Assembly (NCBI GenBank): GCA_051313645.2
Contig: JBNRSN020000004.1
Span: 239,816,001 to 239,880,000, forward strand
Direction of reading: 5' to 3'
Length of the DNA stretch: 64,000 nucleotides
DNA from: Centroscyllium fabricii
Lineage: Eukaryota
Positions within the stretch are counted from its first letter, which is position 1; each line of letters opens with the position of its first letter. The notes beneath the pieces are model-generated. The model saw only the letters and a program-made list of their open reading frames with translations. It did no database searches and was not told where the DNA came from. The position numbers were made by a program, and so were the translations under genes. Shown here one piece after another: positions 1-14,322 of the stretch.

Positions 1-352
1 GGCAGCCCTTTGTTTAACTTTTTTGCAAGTTAAATTAATTTTAAATTCCAAAAACAAATTGTCTAATTACAGAAGCCGTTAAATGTTATTCAATATGTCT
101 CCACTTTAATTGCTTTCTGTGATTCATCAAACAAAACATTCCACATCTATTGATTTTTACTGGAAACCGTGAGCATTTTATTTACAAACATTTAAAGACG
201 GTTACCGAATGGGCTATTGAAACACTCAGGACTGCATAGAAACCACTCATTTTGCCTAGTTTCCCCCTCCACAAAGGTAATGACCTGGGCAAAACACCCT
301 GATATTTGAAAGAGCACTATAGGCCTTTTAGAAATGGCTAAGTCCAAGGCCG

Positions 353-369
353 AGGTGAAATTCAGGTCA
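353..369 (+). promoter_or_regulatory. DR5 retinoic acid response element upstream of HoxA4
   Basis: AGGTGA-aattc-AGGTCA, about 2.95 kb 5' of the HoxA4 ATG; position and sequence fit the known Hox4-group 5' RARE. Confidence 0.85.
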
Positions 370-3188
370 CCGCGTCTAACAAATATGAAAATGTCGCCTC
401 ACGAATGGCACGCCTTGTTACTTAACAAAGACTGTCAATGTATAAGATTAATAAGAAACAAAATGCACACGGTGTCACTTTTCGGTCACTTCCAAACTTA
501 GCTTAGCGTATCCCTTACGAAATCTCATTTCATTGAATAAAATCTTTTGTTTTGTTTCCCGTGTTGAAGTCCAATAAACGCACAGTTGTGCAGCTCTGTG
601 GGATGTGGAGCAAGCCTGCTCGAAGATGTTTCGTCCAAATGTACATTTTATTTGTTTTATTTTGTTTGTGAGTCGGACACCGGCTGTTTTAGCCATATGT
701 CCCAGATAGAATTGGAAAACAATCACATTTTCACCATGGCACAATCTATCTGATAAACCCAGAGCAGTGCTGACGGATTCAGACGGTAAATGAAGAAATT
801 ATGACACTCTTTATCATCTAAACTACTGATTTGCTGTTCGGAGGAGAATTAAAACTGGTAAAGTCTAATTTCTGATTTATCAAACCGCGAAAGAAATCTT
901 CCCTTCAATGCTTCAGGTCTTGGATGATATTTTATGTAAAACAGATTTCATGATCTCGACACTTTCTAAAATGTAAATTTGATACAAGCTCTTAAAACAC
1001 ACACGCTTTCGAAATGTCGTAAAAAGAGTTAACTTTGCCTTTCGTTTTAAAATGGCTGTAAATCTACCCTTGCAGTAAAAATGTCAAATGTGCACGCAGG
1101 CGAGGTAACACTTGGGGGTCCTGGCTCCATCTCTGTATATTATGAAAAAACTGCAGAGGCGACTGACCTGCATTTGCTCATTCTCAGTAATGTCTTGTGT
1201 TTATGCGATAAGAACCTTTATTTCCCATTTTTCTACAAACCGCTTAAATACACACATTGCCCCAGCTAATTGCTTGATTGCGTTATTTACAGGCAAGTTA
1301 CGTGGTCAGAGCAAAACGATGCACCTCACCCCTGTCAATGAGAAAAACAACAACACATTTTTGGAAAGTTGAATTTTATGGGCTTTTTTTGCGAAAAGAG
1401 AGTTTTTAGTAACATCATTTGGACCCGTTTCGTAACCTTTTAAAGTATATATTATGACTGACCTAAATATAAACATTTACACAAGATGTTCTTAGTGAAT
1501 AAAACAAATCTTACAAAATATTAAGTCTGTTACCATGCAAATCTTCCCTACATAGTCCCTTTGTATAGTGAGTAGTGGAAATAAACGTGTTCATTACACC
1601 GAAAGGCAATTGATTTTACTGCTAGATATTTAGTTGAAAGCGTTCTAATGGACGATTACACTACGCAGCAAAACAGGGTGGGTTGGTAAATGTACTCTAC
1701 AAACTATGTGTTGTAATGGTTGAAGAGGGTTCATTCTAATGAAATGTTAGCTTGTATGTCCGGATAGAGTATATCGTCCAAACATTAAAACAGGGTTTTA
1801 TAATGCGTCCTTGATTGACAAGAACTCATGTTGTGAATCGATTATATTTCAAGAAAGCATATTGCATATGACTACTTTGAAAAAATAACGTGCAGTGCAC
1901 CTAAATTGTCACTTTCCTATTTAGTCAATTTCATATTGCGTGCCGTTTGAGGTAGATATTAATTCAAACATAAAACATTATGTAATTTTAATCACGTTAA
2001 CTAAAATGACAAGCTAATTAGTTTGCAAAATTTTACGGCAGGGTATCTTTGCTTCTGAAAAAAGGAAGTAAACATTAGAAGGCGTTGCCAATTATTGCTG
2101 GTGTTTTATATGTTTCTGAAACCGATTACATTTATTGAAGTAACAAATTATACTATATGCAGACTTAATCGTGTGAATATGCTAGAATCACCTGAAATGC
2201 AATTGATGTATTCAGTATTTAGTTACGTCAGGAGTTTGAAATGAGCAGTTTTGTTCCAAAATTCAAATGCACAATACAAGATGTGTGTTGCATTCCTTAG
2301 AATAGAGCTCCATTCAAATTAATCGTTTTACTAAATAGTTGTGTGTTTGTGCATTTAAAAATGCGACCAGTATCTACTTTTACTGGGTATCTCGACTAAC
2401 AGAATGTTCGTTTCTATAATGTTATTTTATGCAGATCAATTAAAAAAGAGCTGAAAATGATCCCGCAGGACAGTATTTTGCTAAATAAGTCACATTGCAA
2501 TCGAACAAGTAAATGATAGTATATTGTAATCAAAATTTATTATGCCGAGTAAGAATCTCAATTGATTACATAAATGCAGTAAATGGACAAAATCCTCTAA
2601 CGTTGCCTTAGTTATTTAACACTTCGGCACATCCTTTGAATTTACATTAAACTCTGCAATGAGATATTCGATCTTATCTAAGACTTAAAAATACTTGTGT
2701 TTTATTAAAATAAACCAAGTATTTTCGCAATTTTATTGAAATTCTTCTTGTAAGGGCGGAATCTCAGAATGCCTTTGACAGAATCTATTACACCAGAAAG
2801 GGCAAGCGAGTGTGTTGAACTCTCGTAGTTATTTTCCCAACAGTTTTATATTTTTCCCCGAGAAAGCACTGAACATGTTTTGTAGGGAATCATTCTCAGA
2901 AAAGAATAAACTATTTCGGACATTAGCAGATCTCTAGCTGATGCTATCTTGTGATTTTTTTCCCGTCAACATACATTTTCAAATATTAGCATTCGATAAA
3001 ACGTCATTACCAATTTAGATGATTTTAAAATGAGTGTTTTCCTGATTGTTGCAGTTTTTTTTCTTTTTATGCGACAACATAATTTCAGGGGAAACGAGAT
3101 TTTGAATGATAATATAGAATTTTTGACTGGACTCCATGCATTCATCATTGGTGTATTTCCTTATCCGGGGCCCACAGCCACTCATCCC

Positions 3189-3307
3189 ATTGGCTGCTTA
3201 CATCACATGGACAGCTAACTTTATACACTTGACAGCAAGTAGGAGGGTTTTATGGAACAGAAAAACGACAACGCGAGAAAAATTAGTATTTTGCACTTCA
3301 GAAATTA
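3189..3307 (+). promoter_or_regulatory. HoxA4 proximal promoter / conserved 5' leader
   Basis: ATTGG (CCAAT) box and CACATG E-box, followed by the Hox4-type leader ...GAAAAACGACAACGCGAGAAAAATT...CAGAAATTAATG. Confidence 0.65.
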
Positions 3308-3725
3308 ATGACCATGAGTTCGTTTTTGATAAACTCCAACTACGTTGAGCCAAAATTTCCACCTTGTGAGGAATATTCTCAAAATAACTACATACCAAGC
3401 CAATCTCCTGAATACTACGAGCGGCCGCGGGACCCTGGATTCCATCATGAGGCACTATACCCACAATCAAACTACCCAGAGCCGACCTACAGCTTCAACA
3501 ATGTCCAAGGCACTGGCAACCAAGACATGTCGCAAAGGGGTCATGTGCAGTCGCAGGCTAACCTCCAAAATCACATACCGAGACAGAATCAGCTTTGTGA
3601 AGTGGTCCCAATAGCCACACCAGCTTTGTGTAGCCAGAATGCGAAAAATCCCACTGCCCAGAAAGGTACTCTCAGCAAAGAGCCCATAGTTTACCCGTGG
3701 ATGAAGAAAATTCACGTTACCACCG
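3308..3725 (+). CDS. hoxa4: Homeobox protein Hox-A4, coding exon 1
   Basis: MTMSSFLINSNYVEPKFPPCEEYSQ Hox4 N-terminus and EPIVYPWMKKIH hexapeptide; donor G|GTAAGT at 3726 (phase 1). Confidence 0.95.
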
Positions 3726-3839
3726 GTAAGTAACTAAAGCTAACTGAAACAATTAAAATTCACTTGAAATCGGATGTGCGGAACCCTTTCTGTAACTCGT
3801 CCTTTCATGAGATTTACGATCACCTAACTGTTAGGTCGG

Positions 3840-3861
3840 TAATTACAGCGCCCATAAATTT
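3840..3861 (+). promoter_or_regulatory. Hox4 intronic HB1-like homeodomain-binding element
   Basis: TAATTACAGCGCCCATAAATTT, a paired TAAT/CATAAA motif in the HoxA4 intron as known for group-4 Hox introns. Confidence 0.65.
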
Positions 3862-4077
3862 GATTGCCCTGGCTCTTGCTCCTGGCCATGTGTCTTTGAT
3901 GATTTTCTAACCTAAATACCCAGAGCCATTTTATTGCAGTAGATTGTTCTCCGTTGTCAGAACACTTTGAAAAAAAAGTCTTGTCTTTTATAAACTTCAT
4001 TCACGTGCATCTAATCCCATTGTCAGATTCGTGCCTGTGTCTCTATTTATGTTTGGTTACTTTTTTGTTTTGTTCAG

Positions 4078-4403
4078 TGAACCCAAATTACACTGGAGGA
4101 GAACCCAAACGGTCTCGAACTGCTTACACGAGACAACAAGTCTTAGAGCTGGAGAAGGAGTTCCATTTTAACCGTTACCTAACCAGGCGTCGACGCATTG
4201 AGATTGCACACACTCTTTGCCTGTCTGAACGCCAGGTGAAGATCTGGTTTCAGAACAGAAGGATGAAATGGAAGAAAGATCACAAACTGCCTAACACTAA
4301 GATGCGTTCTGCTAGCTCATCATCTTCTACAAGCCAGCAAACACAAGTATCCTCCCAGGGCCCACAGCCAGATGGTTCAGCACCAAATTCATCAAGCCTA
4401 TAG
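4078..4403 (+). CDS. hoxa4: Homeobox protein Hox-A4, coding exon 2 (homeodomain); spliced CDS 744 nt = 247 aa
   Basis: Polypyrimidine tract and TTCAG acceptor ending at 4077; [45 protein letters not shown]...[19 protein letters not shown]; stop TAG at 4403. Confidence 0.95.
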
Positions 4404-6996
4404 CTGCTTCGAATCTCCAACCCCTTTCCCACAACATAGTTTGGACCAAAATGTGTTTGCCACATAACTGACTTGAATGTGGAGCGATTTCTTGCAGTGA
4501 GAATTTTCTTCCAGGGTAGATGCTGTTAACCCCAAAAGGGACAGGCATTTCTATTGTGTTAACCCATTCTCTGCAGACTTTCAAAGTGTTTTCTGTTTGA
4601 TTGGGTACATTCTGTATCCTTCATTACCTCCACATGAACCGATGCTTGGTTCTGTCAAAGTGGCTGCTTCCATGATATTCAAAACAAAAAGAGCAAAGGA
4701 CAGTGAATAATAGATATTGTGAGGAACTGTAAGCGTCATAATTTCAACTAGTGTAGTCTGTTGGAATATTTGTGAGAATTTAAGAATAAATCCGTTTTAG
4801 AAAATGAGAAAGGCAGCAATATGTATGGATGTGGAAATTGTTTTAGAGCGAATAAACTGTCCAGATGCTACATATATAGAAAATAAATTATGTCGCCAGC
4901 GTTATTTAAGGTGTTTTTTATTTTAAACCTGTATCCTCTATATAGTTGTGGTACTGATATCAGTATAAGGAATGTGCAAGGATCTTATCCAGAGATTTCA
5001 GACGAGTCATTGTATATTTAACAATTTTGGTACAGTCCAAACTGTGACGAAACCGTACAAATCATTGGTAAGATTTGTGTATTTTTCTGTGGATATTTCA
5101 GTGTGCTATGTGCAGTGCCAAATGTTGCTAAAACGAAAGACATAAATTACAGTGTAAAAATAAAGCCCCGGGCTTTAAATAAAATGTTAATTCGTGGATC
5201 ATCTCAGTTCTTCTGTGTATAATTTACTTCCAGTCGGGATTTAGCAAACACACAGTGAATAAGACTTTATCGACTCGAAAACGTGACTATGCATATAAGT
5301 GTTTTGTTTGGACCACATTTTTGTTCATATTCTTATTTTCAAAATAAAAACATTTTATTTAAAACCCTACTGCCAAAATATCTCGTGTGGTTCTGGCGAA
5401 TAACCCGGAGAAAGAGGATAAATTACTGCCTGGATCTACAATTCATCTTTCTACAGCCTTTCGACATCAAGTTCTACGTCACCAAGTCGTAAATAATGCA
5501 GTAAAATGTGAGGCGATCAAATAATAAGTCATCTATAAGGTGGCGAACACGGCCTTTTATAGCCTTAAATGTTATATTTTTGATCCTGGAATACAGTGAA
5601 GTCATGTGGAATTATTTTAGCTTGACTTTCTCATACTGTTATGCTTTCTCACACATTACAGAATGTAACGTGGCAATGACATTTTAAATATAAAAAATAT
5701 ACAATCAATGGTTATTTTATTACTTGTAATATATGGCCAATAAAACATAAGCTGCAGGAGTAAATATTCGAATATATACTGTGACTTAATTTTGTTAATC
5801 TTGGGGAAAGGGGCGCTAAACAATTTCACGGAACATAAAGTTCTAGTTCTAAAATTATCGACTATGATGAATTCTAATATGATCAATGTTATTGATTGCT
5901 TGAGGACAGCACAAGTATCAGGGTTCCTGAAAAAATAGTGTATATCGGAGATTTCTTTGTGCAACAAACAATGCACTTCTTCAAACCCATGTTATCGATT
6001 TTGATACATCTGTATGTCCTACCAGCCAGTTAAAAATCACAGCAGAAAAATTCGTTCATAGCTTTTCGTTTCCTCGTCAAATAGTATGGATAACCAGAAC
6101 AAACATGTCAATACACAGAACGCACCACGTTAGCGGTGGGAAATAAATACTTCTGCCATTAAACATATTGGATGTATTTCCCCCTAAAACTATTTTGTCT
6201 AAAAACTGCAATGCTCTGTAATTATGTAAAATTGTTCACAAATAATGTATTCAGAACCTTCGGTAGGAATTACACGGAATAGACACACTTTTCCCCTTTC
6301 AGCTTCTTAGAGAGAGAAATTTATTTTGCTGCGAACTATACGAATATTTTGTTTTTACAAATGGCAAACAACAACTGCTAACATTATCAGGCATAGACTT
6401 TCTTAAATATGTTTTGTATAATAGCTTTAAGACGAGTGCAAAAGTATATGGAAAGACAAAGAATACTACGCTGAGAAAATTCAACCCCATTAGGCAGTCG
6501 TGCTTGCTTATCTGTAAAAGGAATTTTAAACAGATTGAAAATACCAGATTTTACCCAGAATCATTAATCACCTCATTCAATAAATACTTCTTTGTATACT
6601 TCAACAGCAAGTCTGAAGGGCGTTCTTTTGGAAAAGTGTGTGTGGACACACTGGATTCTCCCGAATAAAATGTGGCCATCTCGACGCACACCATGTTTCC
6701 CCCCCCCTTGGAACAGTTCTGGAGTTTCTTGCTGGACAATGTTTATTACTACAGAAAATTATAAAACGCATTTTGTCAAAGGCAAAGGTAATTTACAGTA
6801 TTTAAAGCCAGTTTTGGAAAGTACAAGTTTATTAAAGCCTATCCTTTATATGATCAAACTTTAGGCGCCTTTAGTAAATGAAAACCCGTTTGCATCTTTA
6901 TTTTCTTTCTCTTTGATGTTTTTAGTTTATTGTAAATCGAACGGTCTTTTGTAATAAAAAGTTGCATTGTTTGTCAACGGCTGGGCAACCAGAGTG

Positions 6997-7013
6997 AGTT
7001 CACCAAGAGGACA
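6997..7013 (+). promoter_or_regulatory. DR5 RARE 3' of HoxA4
   Basis: AGTTCA-ccaag-AGGACA, about 2.6 kb after the HoxA4 stop; resembles Hox4-paralogue 3' neural-enhancer RAREs; extra half-sites TGACCC and TGACCTTT at about 7052-7075. Confidence 0.75.
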
Positions 7014-8320
7014 AATTTTCTGACCGATTAGCCGTTTTTAGCGGTGCAGACTGACCCCTCAAACCCTTGACCTTTAAAAAGATGGACTGTGCTCTTTCCA
7101 CCATTTCCTATGCCTGCAGATAGGAGTTTAAAGAATGCACCTCGTCATCAAAAATGTCTTTTAAAAAGTCCAAATAATATACTTTTAAAACTCATGTTTA
7201 AGTACACGGCGATACTGTGAGAAAGGTTTATATATAGCGCATTTTACTGTGTGGTATGTGTTTGTGTATAGAATACTTGGTGATGATTTATTGATTTATG
7301 CGTAAGCTCGAAAAGTCCGTTTAAATACAATCTTCGTACGTGGTAAGAAACAATGCTAATTTTAAATGGTTTAGTTAATAACATTTTTGTAGTTAATGGT
7401 CGTCACGATTTAAAAGAATGGAGCCAATCCTTCAGTTGTTACTGTGAGAGAATTCACCTATTAGGGGGCCTCTATTGTTCTGATTATTGAGTAGAGGAGT
7501 AACTGGTATTTTTTCTATAAAACACATGCTTGCTTTCGAGAAACTATATCTGCGCCAGCTCTTTGCAGCCAGTATTTTGGAAATGTATTTGTATTTGACT
7601 TACAAAATGATGCAACGTTTATTTTATTTATTAAAAATGTGTAAATTAATGTGCAGATGTATGATTTCATCAAACTCAAAACACTACAGTTTGAGTTTAA
7701 AGCACAACTAATACAATAAGCAAAATTGCCACCAACCATACCATTCACTGGGAGTATTTTTAATCAACTGTTTGTACAACACAATGTTCCTTGTCACCCT
7801 TAAATGAACCAGCCTGTTCACAATGGTAATCGTGGGCTTCCTAAGACTATCAGACACAATACAACAACTAATACACATTTGGGTGGTATAATAAAATATC
7901 GACTGTGGCTAGCGAGGGTCGATTCGGTGTCAAATTTAGTAGCCTTGCGGGGATGTAAAGTCATATATGAAAGAGTTTGCCTTACATGTGACTGTTATAT
8001 ATGCGGGCTCCTGTAACACTGAGCTTCAATATCAGACTATCAGACGGACAATAAAGACAGCCTGAAGAAATGCCCAAGAATATTGGACTGAGGCAGTTCG
8101 AACTATAGGTGACATAAATGGCAGTCCTGTCAAATCTGGGATCAGCATAGGCCAGTCATTTTTGTATTACCACTTACCAGCAAGTATCCAAAGACTAAAA
8201 GAAAGCCAGAACAATAAAGATAGAAGTAAGAAGGGGCGCAAAGAGAAAAAAAACCTCCTCACTCCAAGATAAAGGGTCACGCGTCTCCTCTGTGTATGTA
8301 TTGAAATTTTAATCTCCCTA

Positions 8321-8496
8321 GTCACGTGACTCATTAAATAATTAATGCAGCCGGTCCGGAATAGATATGTAGTCGTCAGTATTCGCACTAGATCTGTTTC
8401 AGTCTGATGTGAAAATGAACTTTCCTTAAAAAATAAGTCTATAATTGGAAGACCTGTCTCAGAAAGGGGAGAGGCACAAATCAGGCAAGAATTGTG
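8321..8496 (+). promoter_or_regulatory. Candidate distal HoxA3 promoter and non-coding first exon
   Basis: Palindromic E-box GTCACGTGAC (8321-8330), TAAT cluster, splice donor TG|GTGAGT at 8497. Confidence 0.5.
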
Positions 8497-11400
8497 GTGA
8501 GTAGTGCCTTTATGATCCTGGCTTTATTCTGTTTATATTTTTACAATATTTTTATTTCTTAAAACTGTCATAAATGTGATGAATAGCGCCCTTTAGTATT
8601 CAGATTTAAATCACGGCATGTCTGTGATGGTGTTTAGTCAGTCTCTCGCGTGTCAGTAATATTTTAGATTTTTTTCATGATTAATTGCAACAAATACAAA
8701 CACATATGATGATGTTCTAGTTCACAGTATGTATGCCTGGATACCACGGTGTAGCTGTGCTGCTTTGTTCAATTTTCCTGTCGTTAATAAATCACCATCT
8801 CTTACATGCGCAGGGCTGAGAGGCAACTGTAGGCAGCAGCGTTTGTAAATGAAGAGGCACAAGCTACATTCCTCTATGATTCATTAATTTGAGCGATTTA
8901 CAATAAGTGGCAGAGTTATGGTGCTCCAGCAAATGCACTAACATATGTAATTCTGAGCAAAGTGCAGCACTTATTCTGTCTATGTACTGCTTGTCTTGTG
9001 CGTGGAAATAATGTGCAACTAAGAGCCGGACAGTACACATAACACCAAAGAGTTGTGCAGAAACACCTGTCTTTATTGTTGTGCTTTAGGACAAATTTCC
9101 GGCCCTGTTTATTGTTAAAATATGTTCATATATTTCCAGAGAGTTGCTGATATAAACTTTGAACTTTTTTGGACGCAGTTTGTCCTCGTGAAAGAATGCA
9201 TTTGTTCTTTGCAATGTTCCTGCTCTCATTTAATAGATGCATTTGATGTTGGTACCTGACGAAAGTACATCCAGAAAGCGTGCATTGTTTGCACTCATAA
9301 TTAAGTACCGCTCCTAATATTTACAATAAAAGATCATTAGTAAAAGTACACAGCACTTAATTAAATGTCTCATCGCTCCAGTCACTACATTTTATTATTC
9401 TTACTATTGGCTATGATCAATCAAAACAAGATAATTGCAATAGTATAACGGCTGGTACAATGTCTTCAGCTTCCGGGCTGGCATTCCAATAAAACACTTC
9501 TGTAATTGGATCCACCTCCTAAAATAAGAACAACACAAATCCATTATGAGTAACTATTTGGCAACTGATTCACGATGTTTTATTTTAACGACAATAAATG
9601 TGCTCCTTTTAGGTCTAGACTGAAACAGGAGTCGCTCCAGAATAGTCTAATTGGGCATTGAGATGGGCTGAGTCCGAAATTAAGAGGTAAAACATTTTGA
9701 TTTGGTTGCACTGCTGAGATCGAATGTCAAGTTTCAGGTGGACTTGTTTTATTTTAGTGTAACAGGTGGTTTAATGTTGCAGTTCATCGGAATCAGTGAA
9801 CACTAAATGAAAATGTAATTTATTTTTCCAACTCTGTTATAAGATGAGAGGTTGCGTGCACGCCGCAGAGCTGATTCCTTCCACGTTGAAATGTATTAGC
9901 CAGCTGCAAAAGGTAGCCATGGAGCCATTTGAGAGTGTCAATTCGGTGGTTATTTAAGGGAACAAAAGCCTAGGGTATTTCCTTTGTTTGGGGTTCACAG
10001 CAACCTCAAAGAATTCACTGGAGCTACAAACATACAGCTTGATTTATTTAAAATAGAATACAATAACTATCATTTTTTAAAGGAAAGCCAACTTTGTCTG
10101 TGATGCTGGCAAATAATATAATTGTCACTTTCAACTTGGTATGAATCTGAAAAACAAACTTGGCAAGGAAAACTATTATTAAAAGATTTATTGCAACCGT
10201 GTAGGGCAGCTATGTTATTTTGCATGTTAATTTGTAGTCTTACAGATTGCCAAAATAAAAGTGCTTGTAACCATATTTGAAGGTTGGCATACTTTGTACA
10301 GCCACCTATTTATTTTAATAGGAACCAAATGTAACCGCAATGTAATCTTCCTCAATGTCCATTTATAACGTAAGCATGCAATATTGTCCCATTTACGTTT
10401 ATATATTAAAGCTAACCCGCGATTCCGCTGTTGTAATCAACAAAATACAGTGAAGGGGTCTGAAACCCCTTGGCTGGAAGTGAGCGTAAAATATATCAGG
10501 TTTCTTACTGTGAGACTGACAACAAAAATCGAAGTAAGAACCATCCGACTGTTTCCGTTTCCCTTCATCATTCTGCGTAGCGTAAATATCTAAATACACG
10601 GACTTTCCGATTTGATGTGCAATTTTATTAAAAGACAGAAAGCAAAGTTTAAAAATAAATACTTATTTTCAACCTTCTCGAGTTACGGCATTGGAAATCC
10701 AGTACAAATAAAAGTTATAGGTGAGATATCTTTTATAGCACGTGAAATGGAAAAACACATCTAAATATTCTAAAAAAAATAACATGTTAATAAAGAAAAA
10801 TAAACCCACAAGTAAGAATCGACTAAGGGAAGGAAGGTAGGAAAGAACGGCAAAGGCACCTTTAATCTGCACCCATTCCATAAACAGGCAATATATTGAA
10901 CAATGTGTTGGTTTGCCCCAAGTGAATACGAGTACTGTAAATGGTGCTGCTAGGCTTTTTGCAGTACCGGAGTGGTAAGAAAGCTCAAATTTTCTGGTTA
11001 GTTTAAAGGGCCGTTTGATAACTAGAGTAGTTTTATGGCGTGGAATGAGGAGTGTAATAAATTACTCGGCCTTAATGCTTTGTTGTGATGGGTTTGTCAA
11101 TTGCACCCGCATGCTGAAATGAGTTTCTTAGAGGGCCACTCTTCACCTGAAAACAAACAGAATTTTGCTGATATTTGGCTGCTTTATTTTTCAAAATTTT
11201 CAGTTTAACGTTTATATCATTTAGATTTAAACAAAAACGCTTGTTTCATTGCGGCCATTCGATTGTTGGGACGTTTTCTAATGCTCCAAGCTATCACCCT
11301 AATTTTATTCAGATCAGCGTTAGCCTAAATCTTGCACCAAATCTGTTTCTTAAGTTTATTCACCAGTTCCAGGGTCAAATATTTTTACCTAACGAGTGTA

Positions 11401-11808
11401 TTTGTTCGAGGGAGCAAACTGAACGAAATTATGTTTAAACGTGGTTGAACACCAATAACAACTTAATGTTTGATTCCAAGACAATTGCTCCCTTATCCGT
11501 AGTTTTACATTTGTTACATACTAATAAATGGACGTTTAAAAAGATCAATGAAGATTAAAATGAAACGTGTAGCAGTGCATAAAATGCAAATCCCATTTGC
11601 TCTGCCATGCTGCACGGCTTCACCCTTACCTTCGCAATACATTGGGACTTAGCTCCCCTCAAGTCTGGTGCAGCTGTTTCCTAAACCAACACCGCCTAAA
11701 TGCAATGCCAGTTTGCAAGCATACTAGCCTAACAATGAACCACAGAAACTTTATTGTATGTGGCTAATAACCAGATTTGGTCCAGATTCTGCTAACAATT
11801 ATTTTTAA

Positions 11809-12214
11809 GTCACGTGAACGGATTCCATAAGGTTTTTCCCCCCTCGACTTGGCCCTGCTTGTTTTCCGGGCTGTTTTTTTCTCTCTCTCTCTTCAATACA
11901 TAGATCTCACAGAAAACCAGTACCCCAGACGTCTGCAAAAACCTGTAAAGCAAACAGTTCAGTATTTGTAGGGCGCCGAATCAGTATTAAGGAGCGAAAC
12001 TTCAGTCTCTGGCCTTTCTGATTTGAAAAGGCTTTGCAGAAAGGAAAGCTGCCTGGAGTAAACACAAAGCAATATATTTAAAACAGCCGGATAGACTGGA
12101 AAATGTAGAATCTTCAGTGTGCTTTGAAACTTTGCCCCAGTAAAGCAGATTACCAATTTCACATCAGCCTTTATCAGTCCTGTGAGGCTGGTTTGGATTT
12201 GGCTGAATTCTCAG
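11809..12214 (+). promoter_or_regulatory. Candidate alternative HoxA3 promoter and non-coding exon
   Basis: GTCACGTGA at 11809 and consensus donor CAG|GTAAGC at 12215. Confidence 0.4.
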
Positions 12215-12679
12215 GTAAGCAATAAGACTACTTTGTAGCTCTATCTATTTGCACACAGGATAAATTCCAGCTCAGTTCGTAATTAATGGCACGAAATTTG
12301 ACCTAAGGAAAGGGAAGTCATTGCTTATCGCCAAGCCCGATGGCCCTTTACTCGGATTCTCCTATCTTAATAATGCACACGTCGATTGTAGTTATGTCCT
12401 CGAACCTTTTATGGTTGAATTTTGTATTGTTTTTAAAGTTTGTGCTGATATTGCAAAAATGGCAATTAGTTGATAGAACAGAAGAGTATTTAACTTTGGA
12501 AATTTTAGCATTAAGATAGCTCTGTGAGCCGTGAGAGCGATTTGTTGGCTTGATGGGATCCACTTGTCCAACAGTGCCCAAAAGACATGTTTTAACTTTA
12601 GTCGAAGAGTCGATTTCGTCTATGTCCCAATTTCAGAAGGTTTCTTGCACATTTCAAAGAAACCTGGCGTAAGTTTATG

Positions 12680-12680
<1 letters not shown>

Positions 12681-12717
<37 letters not shown>
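12681..12717. repeat. (CTAT)9 microsatellite
   Basis: Nine perfect CTAT units. Confidence 0.95.
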
Positions 12718-14322
12718 GTAATGTGTGTACTTATATATATGTGCATATATTTATGTATGTGGTGCATTTAATAGTTTCAGCGTCAAAATGTCGAACTTCA
12801 CTTGGTGGCGTTCATCAATGATTCATTAATATTTGACTGTGTGTTGAAAGTTTAACTGGCCTTTGTAAGACGATTGCACGGATTTTGTTCAGAGTAAAGA
12901 ATATGGAGTGCATCTAAAGTTTGCTGACATTGAAAGGCCAATAAACTGGCCTTACTTTTGTACCCTGACATTTGAAGTTACTGTAATGATTATAATTTAA
13001 TTAAATTCATTACCGGCTGTACTTAGCTGTCCAGCTGAAAACTTTTGGTGTATGTGAGTTTTTGTAAAACTGTAGAGTGGGACATGTAAAGCAACTTTCG
13101 ATCATTTGTGGCACGAAACAATATCTACATGTCAGAATAGTATTTTAAGAAAACGTGTCTAGATTGTGTAAAATAGATTGTAGTGAATATTTATATAACG
13201 ACTCTTAGAGACGTTCAAGAATTAAAAATGACAATAAGTAGAAGGAAGCGAGGGTGGAAGTGGAAGGGGCGCAAGAGCGTAACACAGAATGAAGGGACAG
13301 TTCAGGACAGAATTTACAAGAGGAAGGGGCATTTTATAATTAAATTTAAATTGACGAGGGCTTAGAATAGATGCAAATTAATTACTAATCTCTTACATGG
13401 AATGTATTTAACAACTTCAGTCATATGGAAATAGTAGATGTATTGATATTTTCTCTTACATACTTTCTCTTTGCCCCCAAACTTTCAATACGTGTTGCAC
13501 TAAAGTAACGTACATCCCCGTAGAGAAACAACCCTGTGACTCAGAGATTTCAATTCTATTTCATTAATACACACTGGCCAATTTCTCATCAATGGTTCCG
13601 CATCACTATGAACATATATTACATTGAACCTATTTTGCAATTTCTACCATAAGAAATTCCATGCATCACTGAATTGGCAGAAAACGTGTAAACACACATT
13701 TTGCATGAGGGTCCCTACAGACACGATTTACCATTCCACTGGAAAAAAATTCAGAATCATCACATCGCTGTCAAGTCCACTCCTCACCCTGCGTTACACT
13801 GACTAAAATCACCTAAGCTTTCTGTGACACTGGTTTGCCTTTGTCAGGTAATTATAAACCTTTTCTAGTTTCCATAACTAGCATGGTGTAACGTGTGGGT
13901 GTTAAGCAAGCCCAGTACAATAGCGCTCTAAAAAGCACGCTCTGAAAAGGGAGATTCGCGTGGAAGCTTAACCACTGTGGGGCTTCCCTGCTTGTCTGAC
14001 TGTTTTGGTCGAAAATGTGAGGCGCTCCCTTCTTCATAGATCGATTTAAACTCTCGTTCCTTGTTTTAATGCGATACAAACAGCTATTCATCTGTTCCAA
14101 GTTGTTCAGTCGACAGGCTCCGGATAGAGGTCTTTCACACTATGAAACACAACTTACCTTATCGTGGATATCCTGCAAAGAATTATCGCGGAACAACCTT
14201 CTGCAACACCAACAAAACTCTGCTTAAGAAACTTCTCAGGTTTTGTTGGGTAAAAAGTTAGGGTTTGCTTGAAAAAAGTGTTCCTTTAATTATCTCCCAA
14301 ATTCAAATAAAAGGATTTAAGT

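Noticed and set aside
1064-1092. Possible miR-10 remnant (TACCCT...TGTG) upstream of HoxA4
   Set aside because: Only 6 nt match the mature miR-10 5' end, the seed is broken, and I see no complementary arm
8583-8600. CTCF-like motifs (also near 39570 and 55293)
   Set aside because: Mismatches in the core by eye; cannot be supported without a PWM scan or ChIP data
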